Below are positions 51,893 to 61,494 of a DNA stretch of 64,000 nt, one piece after another. This DNA is from Nitrospirota bacterium (GTDB lineage Bacteria > Nitrospirota > Nitrospiria > 2-01-FULL-66-17). The notes beneath the pieces are model-generated. The model had not been told where the DNA came from. It made no database searches and saw only the letters and a list, made by a program, of their open reading frames with translations. The DNA lies in contig JBMOMC010000001.1 in assembly GCA_049325335.1 (NCBI GenBank), positions 1 to 64,000 on the forward strand, in the 5' to 3' direction. Position 1 is the first letter of the stretch. Each line of letters starts with the position of its first letter. The position numbers and the translations under genes were made by a program.

Positions 51893-52153
51893 TTACGCGG
51901 AGACGGGGTAGACGCTCACGCGTTTGCGATCGGTGCCTTTTCCTTCAAAGGTGACCACGCCGGCGATCTTGGCGAACAACGTGTCGTCCCCGCCGCGACC
52001 CACGTTGAATCCGGGGTGGAACTTGGTTCCGCGCTGGCGAACCAAGATGGAGCCCGCCGTCACGACTTGGCCGCCGTACCGCTTGACGCCCAACCGTTGG
52101 GCGTTGCTGTCGCGCCCGTTTTGAGTCGATCCCTGCCCTTTTTTATGCGCCAT
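51893..52153 (-). CDS. rpmA: 50S ribosomal protein L27
   Basis: [26 protein letters not shown]. Confidence 0.98.
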   Translation of the reverse strand: MAHKKGQGSTQNGRDSNAQRLGVKRYGGQVVTAGSILVRQRGTKFHPGFNVGRGGDDTLFAKIAGVVTFEGKGTDRKRVSVYPVSA

Positions 52154-52171
52154 ACGTCCTCGTGTCGCCCG

Positions 52172-52486
52172 TTATGCCGCGGCGATCTGCGTAATTTTAA
52201 TGGTCGTCAGTTCCTGGCGATGGCCCCTAGTCTTGCGGTGATTCTTGCGCCGTTTCTTTTTAAAAGCGATCACCTTGCGCCCGCGAGTCTGCGCCACCAC
52301 CTCCGCGGCCACACGCGCGCGCTCCACCACCGGCGCCCCGAGCACCAGCCCCTGGCCGCCCTCGACGGCCAATACACGATCAAATTCCACCGTGGCGCCA
52401 ACCGGTTGATCCAACCGCTCGATCTGAACCAGCTCACCCGGCGCCACCCGGTATTGCTTGCCGCCCGTTTCAATCACCGCGTACAT
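52172..52486 (-). CDS. rplU: 50S ribosomal protein L21
   Basis: MYAVIETGGKQYRV, KKKRRK..GHRQ. Confidence 0.98.
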   Translation of the reverse strand: MYAVIETGGKQYRVAPGELVQIERLDQPVGATVEFDRVLAVEGGQGLVLGAPVVERARVAAEVVAQTRGRKVIAFKKKRRKNHRKTRGHRQELTTIKITQIAAA

Positions 52487-52793
52487 AAGGCCTCCCCAGC
52501 GCAATCCAGTGAAATAAGCTGAATTTTTTAGCACGGGGCATGGCTTAAAGTCAAGCAGCCGCTGATCGGCAGCCGCGAATCGGAGATGGCGACGTCATTC
52601 GCGACACCGCGCCACCTAAGCGCCTCGGATGTCGAACGGAGGACGCTGGCGTCGATCTTGGCATCCTCCGCCGAGCCATCGAACGACGCGAGACCACGGC
52701 ACGGATTCAACAAACGGCCAGCGTGGAAGCGATTGCCGATTGTTGTCGGGTGTTGTCGGAACGACTTAAGGTACGAGAACCCGTGTGAACCGA

Positions 52794-54266
52794 TCAGCCC
52801 GACACCGTGGCCACTGTTTCGGTTCCGGGAAGAGCGACAGGGGAACCGGGCGCTGGGTGGCCGACCTCGCGCGCGATCCGGTCGGCAAGCTGGAGTCCGT
52901 GGGTCAGACAGTCTCGGACCGAAACGCCGCGCAGGTAGTTGCCCGCCAGGTAGAGTCCGGGGAGCGGGGTCAGGAGACGGTCGATGGCGGCCACGCGCGC
53001 GGCGTGACCGATGAGATACTGCGGGATCGCACGCGGGTGACGGACGACGCGGGCGAATTCCGGCCGCCCCGCGAGCCCCACGAGGCCGCGTAGCGCCTCG
53101 ACCGTCCGCCCCACCAGTTCCTCGTCGGTCCACTTCAGCACGTCGTGATCACGCATGCCGCCGAGATAGTTGGTGAGCAACACTCGGCCTTGTGGCGCGC
53201 GATCCGGATACACGTTCGAGCTCCACAGCGATCCCAGGATCGGCAGTTCCTCGCGTTTCGGCACCAAACAACCGGAGCCTTCCGGCAACCGGGGGCAGGC
53301 GTCGCGACGTACGCCCAGGTGCACCAAGCCGACCGGCGCATACGGGATTTGTTCGAGCTGATCCGCCAATAACGGGGAGAGGTCGGTCGTGAGTTTGGCC
53401 GCGACGTCCGCGGGCGTGGCGATCACAAGACGATCCGCGACCAGTTCGCGCGGCTGGCCGCCGACATCCACCCGCGCGAGAAATCGCGCAATGCCGTCGC
53501 GGACCTCTCGGCGCACGCCCAGCACCCTCGCGCCGGTGACCACCCGCTCGCCCAGAGCGGCGCGTAACGCCTCCGGCAAGCGCCCCACCCCGCCGCGGAA
53601 CGAAAAGACCTGGAGCGGACGCCGCGCGCGGCCTTGTTTCATTCTCGTGCGCAGCATGCCCCACACCACGCTCCCGTATTCGCGCTCCAGGGCTACGAGT
53701 TGGGGAAAGCTACTGGACATGGACAAATCATCGGGGTTCCCGCCGAAGATTCCGGCCACGAACGGTTCCACGCCGTAGTCCACCATCTCCGCGCCGAATC
53801 GGCGCCGAACAAACGCGGCCACGCTTTCATCCGACCGCGACTTGGACGAGGGGATCAGGGGTTCGGCCAGCGCGCGCAGTTTGGCCCACGGTCCCCACAA
53901 GGGCGAGCGCGGAACGTCACCCAACCGCGAGGGCACTGGAACCAGCGCGCGGTGTTTGACCAGATACCGGCGGCGGGTGAATGCCTGCTGGAACAGCCGT
54001 TCGTTTTCGAGGCCCAGCTCACGGCACAACCGGTCAACGGCCGGGCTCAGATTGAGCAGGCTGTTGGGGCCGTTTTCAACCAGATACCCGTCCGGCGTGC
54101 GTTCGCTGTGCACGCAGCCGCCCACGCGGGCGGCCTGCTCGAGCACGGTGACGCGCCAGCCAGATTGCGCCAAGCCATACGCGGTTGCCAGGCCGGACAC
54201 GCCAGCGCCGATGACCACTACTTGGTGTTCAGGTTGCACGGTCCAGATCCTCGTTCTGAGGACCAC
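52794..54266 (-). CDS. hemY: HemY-type protoporphyrinogen/coproporphyrinogen oxidase (start approximate)
   Basis: GAGVSGL, ENGPNS, DESVAAFVRRRFG, AIPQY..GH, GVSVRDC. Confidence 0.9.
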   Translation of the reverse strand: MVLRTRIWTVQPEHQVVVIGAGVSGLATAYGLAQSGWRVTVLEQAARVGGCVHSERTPDGYLVENGPNSLLNLSPAVDRLCRELGLENERLFQQAFTRRRYLVKHRALVPVPSRLGDVPRSPLWGPWAKLRALAEPLIPSSKSRSDESVAAFVRRRFGAEMVDYGVEPFVAGIFGGNPDDLSMSSSFPQLVALEREYGSVVWGMLRTRMKQGRARRPLQVFSFRGGVGRLPEALRAALGERVVTGARVLGVRREVRDGIARFLARVDVGGQPRELVADRLVIATPADVAAKLTTDLSPLLADQLEQIPYAPVGLVHLGVRRDACPRLPEGSGCLVPKREELPILGSLWSSNVYPDRAPQGRVLLTNYLGGMRDHDVLKWTDEELVGRTVEALRGLVGLAGRPEFARVVRHPRAIPQYLIGHAARVAAIDRLLTPLPGLYLAGNYLRGVSVRDCLTHGLQLADRIAREVGHPAPGSPVALPGTETVATVSG

Positions 54267-54392
54267 GCCCCTCGGGTCGTCGCAACACCGAGGAAATCGT
54301 GTACGTCATCGCCGTTACCGGATGATAACGCACGAGGATTAGAAATGAATCCGAAAGGAAAGTCAAGCGACGCCGGAACGAGACCGCTCCGG

Positions 54393-55643
54393 CTATTTGT
54401 TCATCGATTCCAGGAATTCACGATTGGTCTTGGTTCCGCGGATCTTGTCGAGCAAGAACTCCATGCTCTCCACCGTGCTGAGTGGGCTGAGCACCTTGCG
54501 GAGGATCCACATCTTATTCAGATCGTCCCGCTCGACCAACAACTCTTCTTTACGGGTGCCGGATAAATTGATGTCGATCGCCGGGAAAATACGCTTGTCC
54601 GCCAGTTTACGGTCCAAGTGTAACTCCATATTGCCGGTGCCCTTGAACTCCTCGAAAATCACGTCGTCCATCCGGCTTCCAGTGTCGATCAAGGCCGTGG
54701 CCATAATGGTCAGGCTTCCGCCGTTCTCGATGTTGCGCGCCGCGCCGAAGAATCGTTTGGGCCGCTGCAACGCGTTGGCGTCCAACCCCCCGGACAGCAC
54801 CTTGCCGCTCGGCGGCGCGATTGTATTGTAGGCACGCGCCAGACGCGTGATGCTGTCGAGCAGGATCACCACGTCACGACGGTGCTCGACCAGCCGCTTG
54901 GCCTTCTCCAGGACCATCTCCGCCACCTGCGCGTGCCGTTGCGGGGGCTCATCGAACGTGGAACTCACGACCTCGGCCTTGACTTGTCGCTGCCAATCGG
55001 TGACTTCTTCCGGCCGTTCGTCGATCAGGAGCACGATCAGCGTGATTTCCGGGTGATTTTTCATGACCGCTTTTGCGATGTTTTGCAGTAACACGGTCTT
55101 CCCGGTACGGGGAGACGCCACGATCAATCCGCGCTGGCCTTTCCCGATCGGCGCCACCAACTCCATCACCCGGGTGGAAATGTCGTCGCCGCCCGGGGCT
55201 TCGAGTCGAACCTTCTCCATCGGATATAGCGGCGTGAGGTTGTCGAACAAAATTTTATCGCGCGCCACTTCCGGATCTTCAAAGTTGATCTTCTCCACTT
55301 TGAGCATCGCGAAGTACCGTTCGCCTTCTTTGGGCGGACGGACTTGGCCCGACACCACGTCGCCGGTGCGCAGGTTAAACCTGCGGATCTGTGACGGCGA
55401 GATATAGATGTCGTCCGGGCCCGGCAGATAGTTGTAATCCGGGGAGCGCAGGAAGCCGAACCCGTCCTGGAGCGTCTCGAGGACCCCTTCGCCGTAAATG
55501 GTCCCGTTCTTCTCCGCCTGCGCCTGAAGGATGGCGAAGATCAACTCCTGCTTGCGCAGATTGCTCGCGCCTTCGATCTTGAGATCCTTGGCGACTTCGT
55601 TGAGGTCGGCGATCGTCTTCTCTTTGAGTTCGCTTAGATTCAT
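54393..55643 (-). CDS. rho: transcription termination factor Rho
   Basis: [39 protein letters not shown]. Confidence 0.98.
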   Translation of the reverse strand: MNLSELKEKTIADLNEVAKDLKIEGASNLRKQELIFAILQAQAEKNGTIYGEGVLETLQDGFGFLRSPDYNYLPGPDDIYISPSQIRRFNLRTGDVVSGQVRPPKEGERYFAMLKVEKINFEDPEVARDKILFDNLTPLYPMEKVRLEAPGGDDISTRVMELVAPIGKGQRGLIVASPRTGKTVLLQNIAKAVMKNHPEITLIVLLIDERPEEVTDWQRQVKAEVVSSTFDEPPQRHAQVAEMVLEKAKRLVEHRRDVVILLDSITRLARAYNTIAPPSGKVLSGGLDANALQRPKRFFGAARNIENGGSLTIMATALIDTGSRMDDVIFEEFKGTGNMELHLDRKLADKRIFPAIDINLSGTRKEELLVERDDLNKMWILRKVLSPLSTVESMEFLLDKIRGTKTNREFLESMNK

Positions 55644-55877
55644 GGGGTCTCCTGCGGGCCCAAGGTCATGCCGCGCCGCATCATGTCGCACGCGACCCGC
55701 GTCGCGTCCACGTCATCATGCCTCCGGCGTCGGAAATGACGTTGCTTCGTGTAGTGGTTAATTCGTCCTACTGCAAAATCCGTTGGTCTTCAACGCGTCT
55801 TTGGGGATTGATTCGGATGTCCGTGCCACCGCGACAGTAAATTGGGGTTAACGCCTGGAAGAAACAGAACCGTTGTG

Positions 55878-55906
55878 AGTATACGAAGCCTCATGACAGT
55901 TGTCAA
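55878..55906 (-). promoter_or_regulatory. sigma70 promoter of rho (about 230-nt leader)
   Basis: TTGACA-N17-TATACT on the minus strand. Confidence 0.75.
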
Positions 55907-55933
55907 ATTGCCTCCGACCCGGCCGGCGGCGGC

Positions 55934-56116
55934 TTACACGATATCGCGCGCCTTCACCGTCTTGCGGCCGTCGGCGCGCGCGCGTTCGATCGCGTCGAGA
56001 CACATTTTTTCAACGCGCTGACTCAACGCGTCGAGCGTCTCCGCCGATGTATTAAAGTCCGCTTTTTCACGGACCAACCGTTTAATTTTCGACGACACCA
56101 CCAACATCTCCGCCAT
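55934..56116 (-). CDS. bacterial histone-fold protein, Bd0055/HBb-like (60 aa)
   Basis: MAEMLVVSSKIKRLVREKADFNTSAETLDALS...ARADGRKTVKARDIV with RKTV...D motif; GGAGGAGG RBS. Confidence 0.9.
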   Translation of the reverse strand: MAEMLVVSSKIKRLVREKADFNTSAETLDALSQRVEKMCLDAIERARADGRKTVKARDIV

Positions 56117-56150
56117 ACGCGCCTCCTCCCGGGTTTCGTGACTCGTTGCG

Positions 56151-56747
56151 TTACACAAACAGTGAAATATCGCTGCTCGACGCGAATTCCAAAAACGTGG
56201 CCGCGCCGACCGGCTCCTGCAAGCCGTCGATCAAGTCCTCGCGCTTGATGTTCATCATGTCCATCGTCATCTGACAGGGCCACAATTTCACGCCAGACTC
56301 CTTGGCGACGTCCATGAGTTCCGGCAGCGAGGCAATGTGTTTTTGTTTGATGGTCTGCTTCATCATCAATGTGGCGAGTCCCGTCATGCCGGGCAACGCG
56401 CCCACCAAGTTGGGTATCGGCATCGGCATCGCCGGGTTGGCCACCGGCACGAACTTGAGGTTCTCAACCCCGCCCTTTTTGACGATCTGCAACCCGAAAA
56501 ACGTAAAAAACACGCCGACCTCCATATCGAGCGCGGCCGCGGTGGTCGCCAAGATCAACGGAGGGTAGGCCGCGTCCAGCGTGCCCTTGGACGACACAAT
56601 GGCGATCCGCTTCGGTCGGGTCTTGCGCGCTTCGGCGTCGAGCGCCGCCTTCACCTGCGCGCGCACCAGTTCCTCGAGTCGGTGCTCGGCCAACTCCCTG
56701 ACCTTTGCGGCCACCACTTGGTCGAGTTCTTGCGACGTCAATCCCAT
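56151..56747 (-). CDS. DsrE2-family (DsrE/DsrF/DrsH-like) sulfur carrier
   Basis: KGTLD.AYPPLILA, FFTFFGL, WPCQMTMDMM, VGAATFL. Confidence 0.88.
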   Translation of the reverse strand: MGLTSQELDQVVAAKVRELAEHRLEELVRAQVKAALDAEARKTRPKRIAIVSSKGTLDAAYPPLILATTAAALDMEVGVFFTFFGLQIVKKGGVENLKFVPVANPAMPMPIPNLVGALPGMTGLATLMMKQTIKQKHIASLPELMDVAKESGVKLWPCQMTMDMMNIKREDLIDGLQEPVGAATFLEFASSSDISLFV

Positions 56748-56796
56748 GTTCACTCCTCGGCAACCGCCGGACGACGAGCCGAACGGTTGCGCCGGC

Positions 56797-57042
56797 CTAC
56801 TTGGTCTTGCGGATAAAAAACGTGTACACGCCGGGTTCCTCGCGCGTCTCCAGGATTTCGTGTCCCGTGCTCTTGGACCACGCCGCCATATCGGGCTTAG
56901 AGCCCGGATCAGTCGCGATCATTTGGAGCACTTGCCCGAGGGACATCTGTTCAAGCGCCTTCTTGGTTTTGATCACCGGCAGAGGGCAGTTCAGCCCCTT
57001 ACAATCGAGCACTTGCGAAACCGTGTATGCCGCCCCCATCAT
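56797..57042 (-). CDS. tusA: TusA-family sulfurtransferase
   Basis: LDCKGLNCPLP, ATDPGS..D..AW. Confidence 0.92.
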   Translation of the reverse strand: MMGAAYTVSQVLDCKGLNCPLPVIKTKKALEQMSLGQVLQMIATDPGSKPDMAAWSKSTGHEILETREEPGVYTFFIRKTK

Positions 57043-57093
57043 TCGACCTCGGTATGTGTCACGTTCAGTGGACCAATCGATCTCGCGATATCG

Positions 57094-57360
57094 TTACCAC
57101 ACGGTCACGGTCGCGGCATTGACCACCATGCCGGCGATCTCGTCGTACCCGACTTGCCGGTGCGGGGTGGTGATCCCGCGGGCCTGCGCGTCTTCGTCGT
57201 TGACCCAGACCGTCGTCCCGGCGGGCGGCTCCGCGAACACGCCGTCCTGCACCAACACCACGTCCACGGGTGATTCGCGGCCCTGCGCCGCGATCACGGC
57301 CCAAGCCACGTCATCGGCGCGGCGGCGCACGATGTGGAGCGCGCGACCGCCCGTCACCAC
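57094..57360 (-). CDS. DsrH/TusB-like protein
   Basis: VVLVQDGV, EDAQARG, GYDEI, terminal Trp. Confidence 0.78.
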   Translation of the reverse strand: MVTGGRALHIVRRRADDVAWAVIAAQGRESPVDVVLVQDGVFAEPPAGTTVWVNDEDAQARGITTPHRQVGYDEIAGMVVNAATVTVW

Positions 57361-57698
57361 GGAATCACCACATCGGACGCGGCCAGAAGTGCGGTGAGGT
57401 CCGCGCGCTCGATCGGCTGCACGCGGGCGCGCACCCCCCCCCGATACCGGACGGGCAATGCGTCGCGCTCCACCACTTCACGAATATGACACGCATCGAA
57501 CAACTCCAGGGAATCGGTCAAGCCCGGACGCTGAATGCGGTCGCTCTGTAACGCCAACGCCGCGCACGCGCCGTCGCCCGTGTACGCCACGGTCACGCGA
57601 TGATTGGACAATGTCATGCCCAACGCCATACGCAGCGCTTCATGCACCCGTCCCGTGGTCAGCGGGTTGCTCCGAACAGCGACCACGACGTGTTTCAC
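57354..57698 (-). CDS. DsrF/TusC-like protein
   Basis: P.....EALRMALG, YTGDG; overlaps the next gene. Confidence 0.75.
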   Translation of the reverse strand: MKHVVVAVRSNPLTTGRVHEALRMALGMTLSNHRVTVAYTGDGACAALALQSDRIQRPGLTDSLELFDACHIREVVERDALPVRYRGGVRARVQPIERADLTALLAASDVVIPW

Positions 57699-57704
57699 CG
57701 GTGA

Positions 57705-58043
57705 TTACGACCCAAACGCGAGAAATCGATCAGCTCGGTCAACAATCCGGGACAACTCGTACTGGCTGGCAATTTCAGTCCCAGGGTACAGGTCGGCCTC
57801 GGAGAGCCCCCGGGCTTCAGCGGTCACTCCGCACACCGACACCTTGGCCCCCATACTCATCACGGTCGGAAACGCCGTGTACGCCCGCTTGGGCGACGAA
57901 AACGCTTGCGCATGATACACGCCATCACCCATCAAGAACAATTCGACCTCGTGTCCCTCTTTTAACCAGGCCTCGGAGAGCTTCGCCACGAGATAGCCGT
58001 CCTCATAATCGTCGCTACTCGTCAACAACAGGCCGATTTTCAT
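57705..58043 (-). CDS. DsrE/TusD-like protein
   Basis: GHEVELFLMGDGV, VCGVTAEARG (active-site-type Cys). Confidence 0.85.
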   Translation of the reverse strand: MKIGLLLTSSDDYEDGYLVAKLSEAWLKEGHEVELFLMGDGVYHAQAFSSPKRAYTAFPTVMSMGAKVSVCGVTAEARGLSEADLYPGTEIASQYELSRIVDRADRFLAFGS

Positions 58044-58048
58044 GGCAA

Positions 58049-58078
58049 ATTGTATGATGGCCCGAAAACGTTTGTCAA
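58049..58078 (-). promoter_or_regulatory. sigma70 promoter abutting the dsrE-like start codon
   Basis: TTGACA-N18-TACAAT; the -10 box ends 5 nt before the ATG. Confidence 0.6.
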
Positions 58079-58109
58079 CAGAATCCCGCAGAGAAATAAT
58101 TCGCGTCTA

Positions 58110-58118
58110 TGATACAAT
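58110..58118 (+). promoter_or_regulatory. extended -10 promoter of the PqqC/CADD-like gene
   Basis: TGaTACAAT. Confidence 0.5.
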
Positions 58119-58161
58119 GCGCTGGCGCACGACGCGCGCGACGACCGGAGGGACCCGTCTT

Positions 58162-58893
58162 ATGGCAGCGCAACCGACGTTTCAAGAACAACTCCTACGC
58201 GTGATGGACCGGAAGGACCACTGGGCGTGGAAAGCGTTTTCCAGCGGAGCCGTCACCGTTGACCAACTCAAAATTCACTTTCAGCAAGAATACGTGGTCT
58301 ACGTGCGCGACTTCCCCGTGTTCCTGGCGCGCGTCCACGGGAAAAATCCTCCGATGCCGGTTCGCCGCGCATTGGCGGAAAATCTTTACGAAGAGGAAAC
58401 CGGCGGGCTCACGCGCGGCCGGGCCCACCCGGAAATGTTTTTATATCTGATGGAAGGCCTGAAATTTGCCGCGCGGGACTTCGAGGAGATCCACCTGCTG
58501 CCCGAAAGCGCGGGATACCGACGATGGCTCGACCAAGTCACCGCCGCCGCGTCCTGGATCGAGGGCGCGGCGGTGACCACGATCTTCGTGGAGGGGAGCG
58601 TGCATGAACGCGCGGTCTTCGACGACTCGGTTCGGGAGGAGCCCAACATCGAGCGGAAAATCGCGGAACACCCGTTGGTCAAATACCACGGAGTCCCGCC
58701 CCGTCACTTGGAACTGGCCCGCGCGCACGGCGCCATCGAAGGGCTGCACCGGCGCGACGCGTGGAAGATCGTGTTGGACCACGCCACCACCCCTGAAACG
58801 CAGCAACGCGTGCTCCACGCCATGGAGCGGTCGCTGGAGCTGTGGTTGGCGTATCGGGATGGGGTCGCCAAGGCCTGCGGCATCACCCGATAA
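58162..58893 (+). CDS. heme-oxygenase-like (PqqC/CADD/TenA fold) iron-containing redox enzyme
   Basis: ENLYEEETG...HPE, VEGS, HGAIEGLH candidate di-iron ligands. Confidence 0.8.
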   Translation: MAAQPTFQEQLLRVMDRKDHWAWKAFSSGAVTVDQLKIHFQQEYVVYVRDFPVFLARVHGKNPPMPVRRALAENLYEEETGGLTRGRAHPEMFLYLMEGLKFAARDFEEIHLLPESAGYRRWLDQVTAAASWIEGAAVTTIFVEGSVHERAVFDDSVREEPNIERKIAEHPLVKYHGVPPRHLELARAHGAIEGLHRRDAWKIVLDHATTPETQQRVLHAMERSLELWLAYRDGVAKACGITR

Positions 58894-58910
58894 CGTGGGA
58901 GCCTGTCCAT

Positions 58911-59104
58911 GAGTGGCCATCTGCAGCGTTGTCACTTCGGCTTCGCCACCTGTCGAGGAAGCAACGATTGCATTCCGCGCCTCTGGCGCGGTGCAGGTTC
59001 CGCCTTGCGACCTACCGCCAGAAATTCAAAAGTCGGAAGTCCCCGAAGGGGGCAGCTGACGCGCTCCTGAACAGGCTCCGGTTCCCGGGAACCTCAATCC
59101 ACTC
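58911..59104. ncRNA. candidate structured RNA, family unidentified
   Basis: Nested pairings GAGTGG/CCACTC and CCTGTCGAGGA/TCCTGAACAGG; C(UUCG)G and GCAA tetraloops on the minus strand. Confidence 0.35.
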
Positions 59105-59116
59105 CGAAAATCTCTC

Positions 59117-60037
59117 GTGCCCACACCCACCACAATCGGGATAGCCTGCGCCGTGGTCACGTGCGTGACCTGGGGCGTGGCGGATTATCTGGCTGCGCGG
59201 ATTACGCGCCAGGTCGGCGAGGTCGTTGCGCTACTGCGCGTCCAACTGGTGGGCGCGCCGGTCCTGATCCTCTCGTGGGTGATCCTGCGCCCCCCGCTGC
59301 CCGGCGCCGCCGACCTCGTGTGGATCAGCGCGGCGGCCGCATGTTTTCTGGTCGGGTATGTAAGCTTTTTCTATGGGCTGCGGGTGGGCGTCATCTCCCT
59401 CGTGAGCCCGATCAGCAGCGCTGGCGCTTTGATCCCGGCGCTTGCGGGCATGATGCTGTTCGGCGAAGTGATCTCCGGCGTTCGTTTCGGCGCCGCGGCG
59501 CTGGCGTTGTTGGGCGTTGTGGTTCTCACCGCCGATCCCGCGGCCATCGGATCGCTGGCCGCGGAGGGCCGGCGAAACGGTGTTAAGGCCGGGATCGTGA
59601 CCCTGGTGGCGTGGGGGTCCGGAACCGCACTGCTCTTGCCCGCAATCCGGCATGTCGGCGCGTTCGCTCCCATCGCCGTCCTACGTCTGGAAATTCTGGC
59701 GCTGCTCGCCGGGTGGTGGCTCGCGCGCCGCGCGATCGTCCAACACACGCCCGCCGCGCCCGGTGTCCCGGCCCGCGATACGCCGTTCGCCGGCGGGTGG
59801 AACCTTGTGGTCCCCGCCGCGTTGCTCGACCTGACGGCTTTCTTTGCGTACGGGGTCGCGTTGCGAGACGCGCCGGCCGTGGTCGCGGCGCCCATTGCGT
59901 CCGCGTATCCGTTGGTGACCATTTTGATCGCGCGGCATCATCTCAGCGAGAGGTTGTCGGGCCGCGAGTGGCTCGGCGTCGGCCTCACCCTCGCCGGCGC
60001 CGCCTTGCTCGGCGCGGACTGTTGCGATGCGCCCTGA
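59117..60037 (+). CDS. EamA/DMT family transporter
   Basis: Duplicated TM repeat, SLVSPISS...FGE and APIASAYP...LSERL. Confidence 0.88.
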   Translation: MPTPTTIGIACAVVTCVTWGVADYLAARITRQVGEVVALLRVQLVGAPVLILSWVILRPPLPGAADLVWISAAAACFLVGYVSFFYGLRVGVISLVSPISSAGALIPALAGMMLFGEVISGVRFGAAALALLGVVVLTADPAAIGSLAAEGRRNGVKAGIVTLVAWGSGTALLLPAIRHVGAFAPIAVLRLEILALLAGWWLARRAIVQHTPAAPGVPARDTPFAGGWNLVVPAALLDLTAFFAYGVALRDAPAVVAAPIASAYPLVTILIARHHLSERLSGREWLGVGLTLAGAALLGADCCDAP

Positions 60038-60061
60038 CGGCCGGACTGCGACGACGATCGG

Positions 60062-60090
60062 TTGAAAAGGCGCCAAGCGCCTGCTAAGAT
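60062..60090 (+). promoter_or_regulatory. sigma70 promoter of glmM
   Basis: TTGAAA-N17-TAAGAT, 9 nt before the GTG start. Confidence 0.55.
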
Positions 60091-60099
60091 CAACCCATT

Positions 60100-61494
60100 G
60101 TGTCCAAGCTCGCCGTAGAACGCAGATTATTCGGCACCGATGGGGTCCGTGGCACCGCCAATATCGAGCCCGTCACCGCCGAAACCGCCATGAAATTGGG
60201 GCGGGCTGCGGCGTATCTCTTCAAAAAGCACCACACCGGCCACCACCGCTTCGTCATCGGCAAGGACACCCGTTTGTCCGGGTACATGATCGAGAGCGCG
60301 TTGACCGCGGGCGTGTGCTCCATGGGGGTGGACGTGCTCCTCGTGGGTCCGATGCCCACCCCGGCCATCGCGTTTTTGACCAAGAGCCTGCGCGCGGACG
60401 CGGGGGTGGTGATTTCCGCGTCACACAACCCGTTCGAGGACAACGGCATCAAGTTTTTTTCGCACGACGGTCTGAAACTGCCGGACGGCGTTGAACAGGA
60501 GATTGAGAACCTGGTGTTCTCCGGCGCGATCGAACACGAACGCCCGACCGCCCGGGAGATCGGCAAGGCGTTCCGCGTGGACGACGCGGACGGCCGGTAT
60601 ATCGAATTCGTGAAGAACACGTTGCCCAAGGGCGTGCAGTTCGACGGCCTCAAGGTCGTGGTAGACACGGCCAACGGCGCGGCGTACAAGGTCTCGCCGA
60701 CCGTGTTGCGGGAATTGGGCGCGGAGGTTATCACCATCGCGGACCGCCCGAACGGGACCAACATCAACCAGCATTGCGGCGCGCTGTACCCGGAAACGCT
60801 CCAGAAAGCGGTAGTCGCGCACCAGGCCAACATCGGCATCGCGCACGACGGCGACGCGGATCGCGTGGTGTTCTGCGACGAACAAGGCAAGATGGTCCAC
60901 GGGGACCAGATCCTCGCGTCGTGCGCGCTGGAGTTGGAACGCGCGGGTCGCTTGGCCGGGCACACCGTGGTCGCCACCGTGATGAGCAATCTAGGCTTGG
61001 AGCTGGCGTTGCGACCGGCCGGGATCTCGCTCGTTCGCACCGCGGTCGGCGATCGATACGTGTTGGAGCGTATGCTCAAAGACGGGTACGTCTTCGGCGG
61101 CGAGCAGTCCGGACACGTCATCTTTCTCGACTACAACACCACGGGCGACGGCCTGATCACCGCGCTTCAGGTCCTGGCCACGATGGAACGCACGGGCAAA
61201 TGTCTGTCTGAATTGGCCGCATGTATGACCGTGTGCCCGCAAGTGCTGGTCAACGTGCGGGTCGCGGAACGCCGTGATTTGAACGCGTTCCCCGGCTACA
61301 CGACGCTGCTGTCGGACTTTGAGCGCCGCATCGGTCCGCAAGGCCGCGTGTTGATCCGCTACTCGGGCACCGAACCGTTGCTGCGCGTGATGCTCGAAGG
61401 CGAGGACTTCCACACGATTTCGTCGGTGGCCGAGGAACTCGCGGACAGCCTCCGAACCCTCTTGGGCGCTCCTCCCGCAACCGGAGCCGCATGA
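60100..61494 (+). CDS. glmM: phosphoglucosamine mutase
   Basis: [35 protein letters not shown]. Confidence 0.96.
   Translation: MSKLAVERRLFGTDGVRGTANIEPVTAETAMKLGRAAAYLFKKHHTGHHRFVIGKDTRLSGYMIESALTAGVCSMGVDVLLVGPMPTPAIAFLTKSLRADAGVVISASHNPFEDNGIKFFSHDGLKLPDGVEQEIENLVFSGAIEHERPTAREIGKAFRVDDADGRYIEFVKNTLPKGVQFDGLKVVVDTANGAAYKVSPTVLRELGAEVITIADRPNGTNINQHCGALYPETLQKAVVAHQANIGIAHDGDADRVVFCDEQGKMVHGDQILASCALELERAGRLAGHTVVATVMSNLGLELALRPAGISLVRTAVGDRYVLERMLKDGYVFGGEQSGHVIFLDYNTTGDGLITALQVLATMERTGKCLSELAACMTVCPQVLVNVRVAERRDLNAFPGYTTLLSDFERRIGPQGRVLIRYSGTEPLLRVMLEGEDFHTISSVAEELADSLRTLLGAPPATGAA

Noticed and set aside
54393..56116. Histone and rho as one obligatory transcript
   Set aside because: rho has its own near-consensus promoter at 55878-55906
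56151..58043. Evidence of dissimilatory sulfur metabolism
   Set aside because: No dsrAB, dsrC or dsrMKJOP in the window; carriers alone are not diagnostic
58162..58893. pqqC of PQQ biosynthesis
   Set aside because: No pqqA, B, D or E nearby; only the fold-level call is supported
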